This document shows, piece after piece, positions 54,501 through 63,633 of a stretch of DNA of 64,000 bases (its first letter is position 1; each line of letters begins with the position of its first letter). The translations under genes were made by a program, and so were the position numbers. Origin of the DNA: Antedon mediterranea (Eukaryota; Animalia; Echinodermata); NCBI RefSeq assembly GCF_964355755.1, contig NC_092674.1, positions 15,810,001 to 15,874,000 of the forward strand, given 5' to 3'. Below the pieces are notes generated by a model. It worked only from the letters and a program-made list of their open reading frames with translations. It ran no database searches and had not been told where the DNA came from.

Positions 54501-56818
54501 CTCTCTGGCGTGGCCTTGTTTCTGCCGTCTTTTTAGAGAACACTGGATTTTTATTTGGTAAATGGTAGTTCAAGTCCGTAGTATTTTTCAGTAAAACAGG
54601 TAGCGCAAGTGCCTCATGTCTTGAAGTGGCTGCTGCACCCCTCCTATAATGGGGGGTGCGCGAGCAAAGCGAGCAACAATGGCTGGGGGCCAGGGGGCCG
54701 CCAAGGGCCAGGGGGCCGCCAAGGGCCCCCTGTCAGGGTCAAGGGGCCGAAGGCCCTGAAAAAATTTGCGTTATTTGACGTTCTAAAGACTGATGCAAGA
54801 CTCTCTGTTGTGGCTTGGGCTAGTTGAACGATGGACACCAGAACTTAACGCTTTCATGATGAGGCCAACTCAGCAGGGGTGGCGCCAGGATCTTCCCGAC
54901 GCGGGGGCTACATTCCCCGACGAGGGGGCTATGCGAGCGAAGCGAGCATCACTAGGCTGAGGGCCAGGGGCCGCCAAGGGCCCCCGGTGGGGGTCCAGGG
55001 GGCGAAGCCCCCGGAAGCAACGCGTTCTAGCGTCATTTGAGGTCTTTTTAATCAGATTTAGGGTAGCCATTTTTTCCATTTTTTATAATGCATAAATAAA
55101 ATACTGCGTGCAAAAAAACAATGCGCGATGACGGTTTCAATCCATATTTTTCAATTTAAAAAATAAAAGTTCAAAGAAAATTTTGAAAAATAGAGTTGGA
55201 GGTCCCGGAAATTGGACTTATTATACTTCAAAACATGAAAAAAAATATATAAGTCCCTATCATGGGTTGTGACTGAGCTAAGAAATGTTTGAAAAATAGA
55301 GATGTTAGGTCCCGGAAAATGTACTTCTTGTTCTTCGAAATATGACCAGCTTTATTGTTGGGGCTGAGCTAAGAAAATGTTTAAAACTAGAGCTGCAGGT
55401 CTTCAAAAAATTGCATTTTATACTTTGGAAACATCAGGCCTAGAGGCTTAAAAAACGCAAGCGTAGACCTTTTTCATTCGGGGAAAAAAGTTTATTCCTC
55501 CCAGATGTATGCATGCGTACCATCTGGACTTCCGAGTGGTGAGAAATTCATGACATACAGGATATTGAAAATGTAATAACTATAGCTATAATGTTGGCTA
55601 AGCGAAAATGGAATGTTTTTTTGTTTAGTAATGGATGAAAAATTTATTTTAGGTGCCCCATGGTACAGAAGGTTACTTGTAAATTAAAAAATTGGTGAAC
55701 AAACGAACAATTAACATAATTCGTTTTTGCTGTAGTGTAGCGTACGTCGACGCAGTACACGACGTAACCGTCGGTAAACTTCGCCTGGAAAATAACACAT
55801 TACACATTTTGGTCCCTGGATGAAACTTGATATCACGCGTCTCGACCCAACGTTGAACGATTCGTACAAAGGGATACCGCCAGACAAGTGCGTACCTAGC
55901 TATTGTTTAGTAGTAAGTTAGATCGCTGGCAATAATGAATGCATATAAAGTGCATAATATCACTCTGACGTACTCTCACGGTCAATGAAACGTCGCGGTT
56001 TTCTAGGCGCTGAAGCTAGCTACGAAGTGAACGTGAACGCTTTTTACTGTATATTATATTCCCCGACAAAAAGTACACGTGTTCCCTGACGTTAAGTTGT
56101 CTGTATTTCTCCAGCAAACACTTTACCGCGTACCGCGTACATGAAGCGCTAAGCTATTGCTTGTCGTCACATGATCGACTGCGCATGTTTTACATCGAGT
56201 TTGTAGTCAGTTCAGATTCCGTAATTTAATTACCGGTATTTTTTCATTTTATATTAGCATATTTTTGTTTGTATACCATTGATAATGTAAATTTTGTATA
56301 TATATAATGATATTGTCTTTAGTTAAACAAGACAAGAAAAAATACCAACCGAGGAAATAGTGGACCTTTTGGGACTTGGGGGGGGGTGCGTCTGCACCCA
56401 ACGCACCCCCCCTGGATACGGGCCTGGCATCACTGGATTAGCGTTATGAAATCTACCCTCTCCCGCTAGAGTTATTAACGCCAATGGCGCGGAGTAACAG
56501 CTTCCTAACGCTAATCCGCGGCATGGTTCAGACACAAAAATATGTACGCCGCTTACATAACTCCACCGTAACTCCGTGAGTCTGAACATACTCTTATATA
56601 CAAATTAACCCTCATTTTTGTAACTATAAAATACAGTTGACTTACTTCTCATGTTTATGAAGTTGGTTGTAAACTCGCTTATGCTTGGCAAAAACCACTT
56701 CCATTTGGCGATGAACTGCCTCTGAATATGAATCATATGAGTTAGATCGTGGTCGTAACGACTCGGGTGAGTTGTTGTCATCTCCACTAGTAACTGCTTC
56801 ATAATCAATATCAGTCAT
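210..56818 (-). CDS. ABCC5: ABCC5/11/12-group (short MRP) ABC transporter; 5' half, 9 coding exons, 545 codons, continues beyond the left edge
   Basis: Exons of 173+153+148+234+174+148+149+108+348 nt sum to 1635 nt with compatible phases and GT-AG ends. Motifs match ABCC5-type MRPs: PLDxVGxLSxxTYSW, RFEKLWQEEL, NLCTSDGQR, TDARVxKMxE..IKxIKMYAWE, LTAAQAFT, EASVA. There is no TMD0. Exact orthology within ABCC5/11/12 is unresolved. Confidence 0.9.
659..1030 (-). mobile_element. Helitron/Helentron-type non-autonomous fragment
   Basis: Terminal hairpin tcgtca-ctt-tgacga followed by gttatc.gca, the same end as the copies at 5200, 7495 and 39915. Confidence 0.55.
1886..1993 (-). CDS. ABCC5: ABCC coding exon 8 (TM6): AFTYVACLNSMRVTLMSTPYAIKGVGEASVAAKRIK
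   Basis: Acceptor TTACAG, donor GTAAGA, 108 nt. Confidence 0.95.
2697..2845 (-). CDS. ABCC5: ABCC coding exon 7: (K)VRLNEKVFLEKA...GDSLTAAQ
   Basis: Acceptor TATAG, donor GTATGT; its 149 nt restore frame after the 148-nt exon. Confidence 0.95.
2938..3070 (+). mobile_element. 5'-truncated copy of the tRNA-containing repeat at 16205-16595
   Basis: Near-identical to 16453-16560 (gttggggcgactttttctcattct...gtttagaatt); ends in a TA/TG microsatellite. Confidence 0.75.
3082..3291 (+). repeat. Dispersed repeat, direct copy of 57041-57248
   Basis: About 210 bp shared (ggtactgattttaaccacct...catcataatgttgaagaca). Confidence 0.8.
3893..4225 (+). mobile_element. SINE with a Deu/Nin-like core and an L2-type 3' tail, 5'-damaged
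   Basis: Core cggataaggactataaac...tgcactttaaaga...tttcgagacaagtagagggttaccccggtgt; tail agcgct...agcgctataaaa plus cattac repeats. Confidence 0.7.
4645..5224 (+). mobile_element. Helitron/Helentron-type non-autonomous element
   Basis: Hairpin ggttatccgcaac-tta-gttgcggataacc near the start, ctt-rich microsatellite, 3' hairpin aactcgtca-aag-tgacgagtt then CTAG|T. Confidence 0.7.
7180..7327 (-). CDS. ABCC5: ABCC coding exon 6: MVIFKIVSSLRESAVSITDARVSKMDEIISNIKVIKMYAWELPFINKIA
   Basis: Acceptor TTTTCCTTAG, donor GTATGT, hallmark IKxIKMYAWE. Missing from the ORF track. Confidence 0.95.
7354..8784. mobile_element. Kolobok-like MITE carrying a nested Helitron-type element
   Basis: TTAA then AGATGTATTGTCCCC at left; degenerate inverted GGGGACAATA at right. 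The same terminus recurs at about 2215, 6760, 16622, 27721-28068, 30766 and 58401. Confidence 0.6.
7488..8680 (-). mobile_element. Helitron/Helentron-type element, inverted relative to 4645-5224
   Basis: Same termini in reverse complement (ctcgtcactttgacgag; agttatccg...cggataact). Confidence 0.7.
9696..9725. repeat. (GAT)n microsatellite
   Basis: About 10 tandem GAT units. Confidence 0.95.
10657..11008 (+). mobile_element. tRNA-headed SINE with a Deu/Nin-like core
   Basis: A-box TGGCCAAGCGG at 10668, degenerate B-box, core shared with 3920-4055, A-rich tail gaataaacaaaaaataaaataaata. Confidence 0.75.
12895..13434 (+). mobile_element. L2-clade LINE 3' fragment (decayed ORF2 C-terminus)
   Basis: Translates with lesions as KLDYGNALLFGLP..QNAAAR..HEHITPVLQNLH*LP..IKFK..RTLRS..FK.RLKTHLY; ends in agcgcc..ggcgctatataa and (tgat)n. 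Confidence 0.9.
15157..15230. repeat. 24-bp tandem repeat x3 (ggccatgggttttatgcaatataa)
   Basis: Direct inspection. Confidence 0.9.
15307..15827. mobile_element. PIF/Harbinger-like MITE
   Basis: TIRs gggcctgtttctgctgc / gcagcagcaacagggcc with a 3-bp TSD AAT on both sides. Confidence 0.65.
16390..16461 (+). tRNA. tRNA-Asp(ATC)-like cloverleaf inside a repeat; probably TE-borne or a pseudo-tRNA
   Basis: A-box TGGTCTAATGG, B-box GTTCGAGTC. D, anticodon and T stems pair; acceptor stem pairs 6 of 7. Loop ATATCAA, discriminator G, then TTTTT. The downstream body is repeated at 2938 and 31460. Confidence 0.5.
17249..18727. repeat. 41-bp minisatellite, about 36 copies (AAGCAAGCATCCATTGGCTGGGGGATGGTCAAACTGGGGAA)
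   Basis: Direct inspection; very homogeneous units with no spacers. Confidence 0.98.
19670..19763. repeat. 18-bp tandem repeat x5 (attaggtgcaatagcccc)
   Basis: Direct inspection. Confidence 0.9.
20094..20267 (-). CDS. ABCC5: ABCC coding exon 5 (TMD1): IMNLCTSDGQRVLD...GPSAILG...FFPLQ
   Basis: Acceptor TTTGCAG, donor GTGAGT, 174 nt. Confidence 0.95.
22317..22347 (-). mobile_element. Helitron-like 3' terminus
   Basis: Perfect 12-bp stem ggtgcccgtcca-a-tggacgggcacc, followed on the minus strand by TG-CTAG|T. Confidence 0.6.
23090..24000. mobile_element. Crypton-like non-autonomous element with a long terminal palindrome
   Basis: Inverted repeat tataacacctaaataaattc / gaatttatttagatgttata, then a ~170-nt palindrome centred on ctcggcgttgcctcg. 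The family assignment is inference. Confidence 0.55.
24280..25609 (+). mobile_element. Helitron/Helentron-type element with an internal ~238-bp tandem duplication
   Basis: Reverse-complement homology to 39906-40900; decayed terminal hairpin aattcgtc..gacaaatt; 24469-24643 duplicated at 24707-24888. Confidence 0.7.
26419..26793. mobile_element. Kolobok-like palindromic MITE
   Basis: TTAA TSD on both sides, TIR AGGACAACTTGACCGAGGACC, about 110 bp of arm complementarity. Confidence 0.85.
27252..27485 (-). CDS. ABCC5: ABCC coding exon 4 (TMD1): SVVVRKLLEYS...GMRLRTAIVHAVYRKI...TAGE
   Basis: Acceptor ATTAG, donor GTTAGT, 234 nt, phase 0-0. Confidence 0.95.
28244..28391 (-). CDS. ABCC5: ABCC coding exon 3: FEKLWQEELAKHGPENASV...WFAEA
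   Basis: Acceptor TTTTATAG, donor GTAAGT, conserved RxxxLWQEEL. Confidence 0.95.
29134..31953. mobile_element. 2.8-kb non-autonomous DNA transposon with ~140-bp TIRs built from aaactggtccgg subrepeats
   Basis: TA|CTGT...ACAG|TA ends; 29160-29280 is the reverse complement of 31831-31930; no intact transposase seen. Confidence 0.8.
35850..36570. mobile_element. Partial copy of the Sola-like MITE, inverted relative to 42495-43358 and interrupted by a SINE
   Basis: aggcctggcatcacaaaagcggcgcagagtcgcaaccc and following sequence match 42715-43357 in reverse complement. Confidence 0.75.
36140..36324 (-). mobile_element. tRNA-derived SINE fragment
   Basis: Minus strand reads TGGCTTGGTTGTT...GGTTCAAGTCC (A- and B-box-like). 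Confidence 0.55.
39906..41403 (-). mobile_element. Helitron/Helentron-type element with reiterated terminal hairpins
   Basis: ctagaatttaattcgtca-ctt-tgacgaatt at one end; taggtgatca..tgatcaccta hairpins at 41309-41340 and 41366-41398. Confidence 0.7.
41990..43560 (-). mobile_element. Decayed RTE-X-like LINE ORF2 fragment split by a MITE
   Basis: Minus-strand remnants GQPRASPLYESMRSRFKLALKVCKTN|EQQIR and KLSNGKGAGLDDLAAEHLK; the frame rejoins across the MITE TSD. Confidence 0.55.
42495..43358. mobile_element. Sola-like MITE
   Basis: GAG...CTC termini, ~32-bp imperfect TIR, 4-bp TSD ATTT on both sides. Confidence 0.7.
43851..44593. mobile_element. Tc1/mariner-superfamily (Tc2/pogo-like) MITE
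   Basis: TA TSD; 27-bp TIR CCGTACATTTCGGTATATAAGTCGCAC with 2 mismatches; internal gtataagacgcac repeats. Confidence 0.9.
45479..45631 (-). CDS. ABCC5: ABCC coding exon 2 (lasso/L0): KPNPLDSVGYLSILTYSWCTKFFSKAAKRPLDVNDLFACSQSDSAKENAE(R)
   Basis: Acceptor TTTTGCAG, donor AG|GTAATC, MRP lasso motif. Confidence 0.93.
45954..48063 (+). mobile_element. GC-rich insertion with a duplicated DIRS-like gag/ORF1 zinc-finger 5' fragment
   Basis: MPKSECLQC...DCHLLCIHCHTCSQESPCDI from ATG 46570, second copy from 47099; flanked by a 48-bp direct repeat. Confidence 0.55.
49256..52497. mobile_element. Foldback-type element with inverted arrays of a 17-bp unit (GGACAACTACCCCCTTA)
   Basis: Left array 49256-49548; right arrays 51670-52497 in reverse complement, with a duplicated block. 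Confidence 0.85.
49901..51520 (-). mobile_element. CR1/L2-group LINE reverse transcriptase relic nested in the foldback element
   Basis: GIPQGTKLGPILFLILVND, WKYVDD, LLGLIIQDDLKW, YIRPILEYACPVWH with frameshifts; (AAAT)n tail at about 49901-49924. Confidence 0.9.
54101..56427. mobile_element. Cluster of nested GC-rich non-autonomous DNA-transposon fragments (hAT-like and CMC-like ends)
   Basis: cccggg..poly-G..cactc start, two gcgagc(g/a)aagcgagca..ggggccgccaagggcc blocks, termini caggggtggcgccagg and cctggatacgggcctg. Confidence 0.5.
56646..56818 (-). CDS. ABCC5: ABCC coding exon 1 (putative start): MTDIDYEAVTSGDDNNSPESLRPRSNSYDSYSEAVHRQMEVVFAKHKRVYNQLHKHE(K)
   Basis: Acceptor CTCACTAG before 56835, ATG at 56818 with A at -3, 57 open codons, donor AA|GTAAGT in phase 2 matching the next exon. 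Sequence is poorly conserved, so support is structural. Confidence 0.7.
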
Positions 56819-57040
56819 TATTGATGACTACAAACCTAGTGAGAATTATTAAAATTGTATGAAACCTTTAAATAAAAAAACATGACTTGTTTCAGTAAAT
56901 ATAAGAATGTGGATGCAGATGAGTTTGCGAGTCCCTGAAACATTATCTACATATAAATTTACGTAAGAGCAAAATTATGTAAATCGTGCGTTACTTCTAG
57001 AATGTTTACTCGATGGTATATCAAGTTGGTTCGTACTTTC

Positions 57041-57248
57041 GGTACTGATTTTAACCACCTGATTTAACCCTGTTTACTAATTAAATTGAGTTATATAAAT
57101 AGTTATTTACAATTAAAACAAATTTAGGTTCAACAATTTGCCCCAAATAGGGTGTTTTCCGATCAGGCTATACACTGTCTAATGGATGTCCATCTTGAAA
57201 AATACCTGCAGACAATCTTACGAGTATAGCATCATAATGTTGAAGACA
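57041..57248 (+). repeat. Dispersed repeat, direct copy of 3082-3291
   Basis: Direct similarity. Confidence 0.8.
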
Positions 57249-60200
57249 GACCGGTTTCAATTTTGTATTATTATCTTTTGAAAATCTATAATTAAATTTA
57301 TCATGATTAATGAATTCACAATTAATGCGAAGAGTACATTGGTTTCTGGATCAAAAATCGAAAGACTAAAATCAAAATATATTTAGAGATAGAGAAGTAA
57401 ATGTGCTATCATTGAGTTTGTACGATTTTTAGTTGGGTCTTCCGTGGCTTTTGCGCGCGGTCTCCTCTCTGTCATGGTCTCTTAGCATTAGAAACACCAA
57501 TCAGTAGAAGGCGACATACAAATTTGTTTTCGGTATTTAGATTTTTTTTTTTTTTTTCAGTTTGTTTTCAGTTGTTTTTGGTTATTTATGGTTGTTTTCG
57601 GTTGTTTTTGATTGTTTTCGGTAATTAGACTGACCGTTGCACTACTGAACATCCTTTCTTAACCTCCATACCCAATATCTTTGATTTTAATTATTGGGGT
57701 GAGGTCTTTGTTTTCACTGCCTGGATTTCTGGTTTAAAATTATTATTAAAATATTGGTTGGGTCGAGTATGCTCCTATTTAATCAGTTTTCAAAACACCC
57801 CTAAAACCCAAAATCTTTTTTCTTTGTAATTTCTTTCTGTTTTTTCTCTCAGCGCTTTGGGACAATCTTTCGATTGTAAAAGCGCTTTATAAAATCGAAC
57901 AACAATACATTAATGCACGATGTATTTGATTTAAGGTCAACCATACTCAACCTACCAGAATAGTATAGATAATATAGCTCAGTGAGAGAGTAAAGAGAGA
58001 GAATAAATTTGTAAACATAAGTATTGTTTGATAATTTGAACAGATGTAGCCTACTGTACAATAAAAGGCTAGGCAGGCCCGGTAAGTATCAATTTGTGTA
58101 GGGCCTACTATACTCTAGCTAGGCTCTAACTACTTGATGCAGTTTCATAGAAAAAAAATCCGAAACAAAACATGTTTTTCACTTACTTCACTAGAATAAC
58201 ATTATGGTTAAAATCAACCAAATATCCATTGGCTGGCAGCCAATGTGACGATTTTTTTGCTTTAAATTACAGTTTTTTTTTCCAGGTACAATACATAAAT
58301 TTTGTCTAAATTCAATTTTTGGTCAAAGTAGATTATTATTGAACTATTATGTGACATTAAGATGGCATATTCAACAACAACAAATTGTAAAATTATTTTT
58401 CGGGGGGACAATATATTTTACTCACTGCACACGCAACACTCAATACTCCTAATCCCTACTCCTTTAAAAAATCTGTCTTCAAAATAACCGTATAAATCTG
58501 TGGGTGGTCATTGACAATAATCATTAGCATTTTTACCAAAATACAATGGGCTCTGGTGGTCAACTCAAACATAGTGTAGTTAAATCAATGTCAGCGGCTG
58601 TCAATCAAGTAACCGTCATTTTGCATTGCAGCTAAAAGTTGCACAGCGATAAATCGTTAATGAACACCGAAACAATTGGGTGTTTTTAACCAATGTTAGG
58701 CTGCCATTTAAACGAAAATTTGTCCTGTTTCTGCTGCCAAGAAATTTTGCTTCATTTATTCACACTCTTAAAAACCTACTGTATGAAACTTTTATTTTAA
58801 TATCTTCAATATTTAGCATTTGCAAACAAATACTAGGAAGTTGATATTTTATATCATGAATTGATACATTCAATAACATACAGTATACTTACAGATAGTA
58901 GTTCAAGAATTGTAGTAACAATTAATTAACTGTTACTTAGGTCTGTACACTATTTTGCTAAAGCAGAGATGATGTATTTAAAACCACACAGATCTATACA
59001 GTTAGACAATGTTAATCCGTGTGGTGTCATGTCACTGCCTACAATAAAATAGCTACAACAATCCTTGCTGATACTGGCAGGCCACACACTAAATTTAAAC
59101 CAGGCAGCAATAATATTTATATTTACAGTCTATTATTATAATTTATCCTGGTACTTTGACAAGTACAAAACACAAAATTACTAAAAACTCTGATATGACC
59201 TAATATGTCATTGTCAATAACTAAAAAATAATATTAAAACCCAAATTCAAAGGTTGTAAAATATTATCTGTCTCTTTTGAAAATTGCTGGCTAGAAAAAA
59301 ATAAACAAATTATCTTTTGTTTATTACTGTATGCATACTGCTGCATAAAAAAACACTAGATGGAATAATCAACAGAATGTTGAATCTGCTAGATATTAAA
59401 TATTAAATCCTTTCTTTTTAGAAATTAAGATTTATATTATAGCCTCTCTACTACCCAAACAAGAACACTGTTCCTACTTCATAATTACCTTTAACATCTT
59501 TTTTATTAATAAATACAATTTTATTTTTAATCAATTTCAATTTAAAAATAACATTTCAAATAAAGAAAAAAGGTGATTTAAAATATTGCTTATGTTTTAG
59601 GTAACTACAATTTAGTATTATCCTATATAAACTACTCTAATATTTTACATGCAACCTGTAATCATTAATGTTATAAACATATTAAATAAATAAAAGTGGG
59701 ACGAGGCCACAAAAGACATAAACATCAAAATTGGGGTTAAAAAATCACATGAAAGTACAGTACTGTACTTAACACACACAAATATTACAAAACTCAGTGT
59801 GTAAAAGGTCCAACTTAACCATACTGTAACAAATCTTTTTTCATTTTTGCTTTTAGGCAAATAATTGACTACGCGTTAATGGTAAATAAACCTACCTTAT
59901 TATCTTATTTTATGAATGTATACTGCACTCAGTGGCAAGCAGAAAGCAAATAGCCACTTTTATGGAATGACACTGTCCTGGCAGTGCTCAGTGGCCTCTT
60001 CTTGACCCTATATCTATTCATTGGGGCTCATACTAACAATCAACAGGAATCCCTCCCTGAATTTGCTAATGCTTAAAATGAGACAGGAGCTTTTTTGCAA
60101 ACGACCAATCAGATATAGAGTGGGGGATTAAGTTATCAACCAATGAATGCTCAACCTGAAATTCTGCTGAGTTGAAATCAAATGAATTTTCCTGTAAGAA

Positions 60201-61546
60201 GGAATTAGGCATAATCTAGCAAACACTTAACACTGTCATATGGTAAACAGAGATACCATACTAATTTTAAATACAATTACAAATAATTGGTAGCAATAAT
60301 ATGACATTTTAAAATTGTAACATTTTTATTTACATTAATAATTGTTTCTTTTTTAAATTCAATTAATAAAATACTGTACCCTGTCTGAGTTGTTTTTCCA
60401 AAACTTTAATTGAATCATATTTTATCAATTTAGAAAATCTCAACTTTCACTCCTATGTTTTGTGTAATTAGCCTGATATTACAAAGAGTTCTCAACTTGC
60501 TATATTAATTTCAGTATCAGTAAAAATATTACCATATTAGTTAATAAATCAAATTGTTCGTGATATAAAACATTTTTTGGTTTTCTACATGATTTTTTTT
60601 AGCGGGGGTTGCATAATAATCCCTTCTGGTGACTGCTGCACTAAAAAGAATACAGTACAGTTGAATGAGTACAGTATTTAGTTGAATTTTACTTTGTGTA
60701 TTATTATCACCATATACAGTACACTTATCTGGCGAGATCTAAACAGATCTTTTACTTTATAAATGTCACTACCAGGATGCATTATTTTCAATTCATTCTC
60801 TTGATATTTTCATTGACGACATAGAAAAATACACTCACTAAAAACCCATTGTAAAGTAAAAGTACAATAGCAAAGATAGAAATTGCATACAAGTTATAAT
60901 TGAATTGGTGAATCAATAAACCACTTTACGATAATTAAAAATGATATTCGAAGGTTAAGAGACACTTGAAAATGACCACAAAATACTTTAAAGATTGTTG
61001 AATTAATTAGAATGCGTGTACACCCAACCAAATCAAGCAGAAAGCATTGTAGTACTAGTAGTAGCAGTATTAAAAACAGTTTTTAAAACTTCAAGTGATT
61101 GCAGTCTCAAATGGCAAAACTGTTAAAATCAGTTTCTGTAGAGAAATAAATGTGCAATGCAATCATGTTCTCAAATTAACCTCTATTGCAAAATGTTTGA
61201 CTAGTACTGTTCTTTCTGTGGACATTAATGACGTCATGTACAACGAACCATGAACGACCAACTTAACAATTAAATTAATTATTAATGAATAAAAGACAGA
61301 AATGTGATCTCAAACTACCAAAAACTATTTTAAAGAGTAACGTCCATTACTACCTCGTATAAACCATGCCCTAAATATTTATAATTTTAAGAACCTTCAT
61401 TTCTTTATGTAAAATGTAATGGAAAAATCCTGTGTGAACTGTGACAAGTCAGTTTAAAGTAACAAAATAGTTAGAGTTCTGTCAGCGGATTTATTGGTCA
61501 ATTGAAAATCACTCATGCATGCACATTTTTATAACTCACACAACTC

Positions 61547-61764
61547 GTACAAAGTTTAACACTGATTCTTTCGACTAGTTGTCTGGCTTAGTGGTGTGGT
61601 ACAAAGTTTAACACCGATTCTTTCGACTACCGGTAGTTGTCTGGCTTAGTGGTGTGGTACAAAGTTTAACACTGATTCTTTCGACTAGTTGTCTGGCTTA
61701 GTGGTGTGGTACAAAGTTTAACACTGATTCTTTCGACTAGTTGTCTGGCTTAGTGGTGTGGTAC
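61547..61764. repeat. 52-bp tandem repeat x4; one unit is 58 bp
   Basis: Unit gtacaaagtttaacactgattctttcgactagttgtctggcttagtggtgtg. Confidence 0.95.
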
Positions 61765-63253
61765 TGCGGTTAGGGATCTATTGATTTTGTACTTTAATTA
61801 ATTTCTCTGACAATTTAAAAAATTTCATTCTTGTCTTTTTCATCAATGTCTTTACCCATCATCTTTACCCACTACAGTATTGCCAAGTTGGATGTGTTTT
61901 TTTTTTTAGGTTTAGAGGGCCGGACACACGACCATCTCACAGTCACAGTGTATACTTATAGCAAGCGCAATCAGATCTCCAAACGCTGTGCAGTTCTGCC
62001 CACGAACTGTACCCACAGTAATTAGCTCTAGATATTGGAGGTGGTGTGAAAGTACAGTTAGCAACACATAGAAGTCACACTCGCTCTAGGCTACAGAAGG
62101 GCCCAATGGTTCTTAAATTAACTCTTTGTTTGGTCATACTACAACCACTGACTTAATCTTAAATTGATTCCTGTCGTTCTTTGCGGCCAGACCTCTTAGG
62201 TGCCTGATCATCAACAGTTATGTTGGTTCATTTAGGTTTACCAAGGACAAAATATTGTTCATTTGAACCACCAGATTACTAATATTCCCTGAAATATAAA
62301 CGTATTTTGATCTTTATGTAGTAAAATATTTTACAGTAATATTTTTTATGATTTTTTAAATTAACATGATGTTATGAAATCCCCTGAAAACACTGTTACT
62401 TTTGTTTTTCAGCTCGGCTGGTCACTTGTTGCTTTATAAACACTAGGCCTTACTAAAAGAAGTAGGCCTACTGTGTGTTTAGGTTGAGGATGTGATATTG
62501 TTAATACATTATATTTATTGTTTTCATTTAAAAATAGTAAAATAATGAAAAATATTCTAATTGAAATTACTATACTATTATTAAATTAGCAGTAAAATTC
62601 ATTATCTCCTGTCTTGCCATCCAAAATCAAACACATTATCAATTAGGCTACTATCATCGTCACTTTTAAGTTTCATCCTCTTAATCACTTAGAAATGTTC
62701 GTTCAGGCTCAAATAAGAAACCTAGCCTACTTGTGGCAGGCTTGCAACCTTCAGCATGTAAACATTGCTGTGAACCTTTGATTACATCACATGTTTTTAA
62801 TTTCTTTGTTAATTGGTGAAAATAAAATTAAAATGTGGTCGCATAACGATAGTCATTGATAAGTACAAATATGAAATTTATATACTTTATAACTAGCTCC
62901 TTTATATTTGATATTTTAATTTATGAATAAAACATGTGTTGGACAGAAAACAGAAATCGGTGAATTTACATATTATGAAAGTAAAGATATATATCATAAT
63001 AAGTTTTTTCCAGAATATTAATAATGATATTGGGTGGTACATAACTTCGCATTTTCTAATTTGAAACGAAACCGCTTTGAAACGCGATACTATCCAAGGG
63101 GAAAATTCCAGTTGAGACCATTGGTTCATTAACTGGTGTTGTCAACTGGTGTTTCCAACTGGTTTTCCAATAGTTTAACTATTATTTTTTTAACGAACTG
63201 GTCCAATCGGTTTTTCAACTGGGTATGCATCTAGTAGCTACCGTACTACTCTA

Positions 63254-63633
63254 GGCGATTTCGATCCAAGTCGGCCCCAAACCGTCTCGGCCAAAGTCAA
63301 GTCGGCCCACGTCAAGTCGGCCCCAAGTCAACTCGGCCTCAAGTCATCTCGGCCTCACGTCAACTCGGCCAAAAACTAATCGGTCAACTCAGCCACAATA
63401 AAGTATGGAAGTATCGACCTGCACCCCTCTAGGCCTATTATCATCATGCTAGGCCTAGTTTCACAACGCGAAAAAGATCTCTACATGATTTCTGTATTGG
63501 AACGCCTGGCCAGGCCTAGGGTAGCGGGACCGTCCGGCCCGGGAGAGTTCAACCCAGGAACGTCCGGCCCGGGACCGTCCGGCCCGGGACTGTCCGACCC
63601 GGGAGACTTCGACCCAGGAACGTTCGGCCCGGC
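63254..63633. mobile_element. Probable transposon end with two ~15-16-bp subterminal arrays (gtcaagtcggcc; gggaccgtccggccc)
   Basis: Tandem GC-rich units; the partner end is not in this window. Confidence 0.5.

Noticed and set aside
61779-61863. Minus-strand MMGKDIDEKDK... resembling an ABCC5 start (MKDID)
   Set aside because: It is short, ends in a stop and has no convincing donor. The exon at 56646-56818 fits phase and splice signals better.
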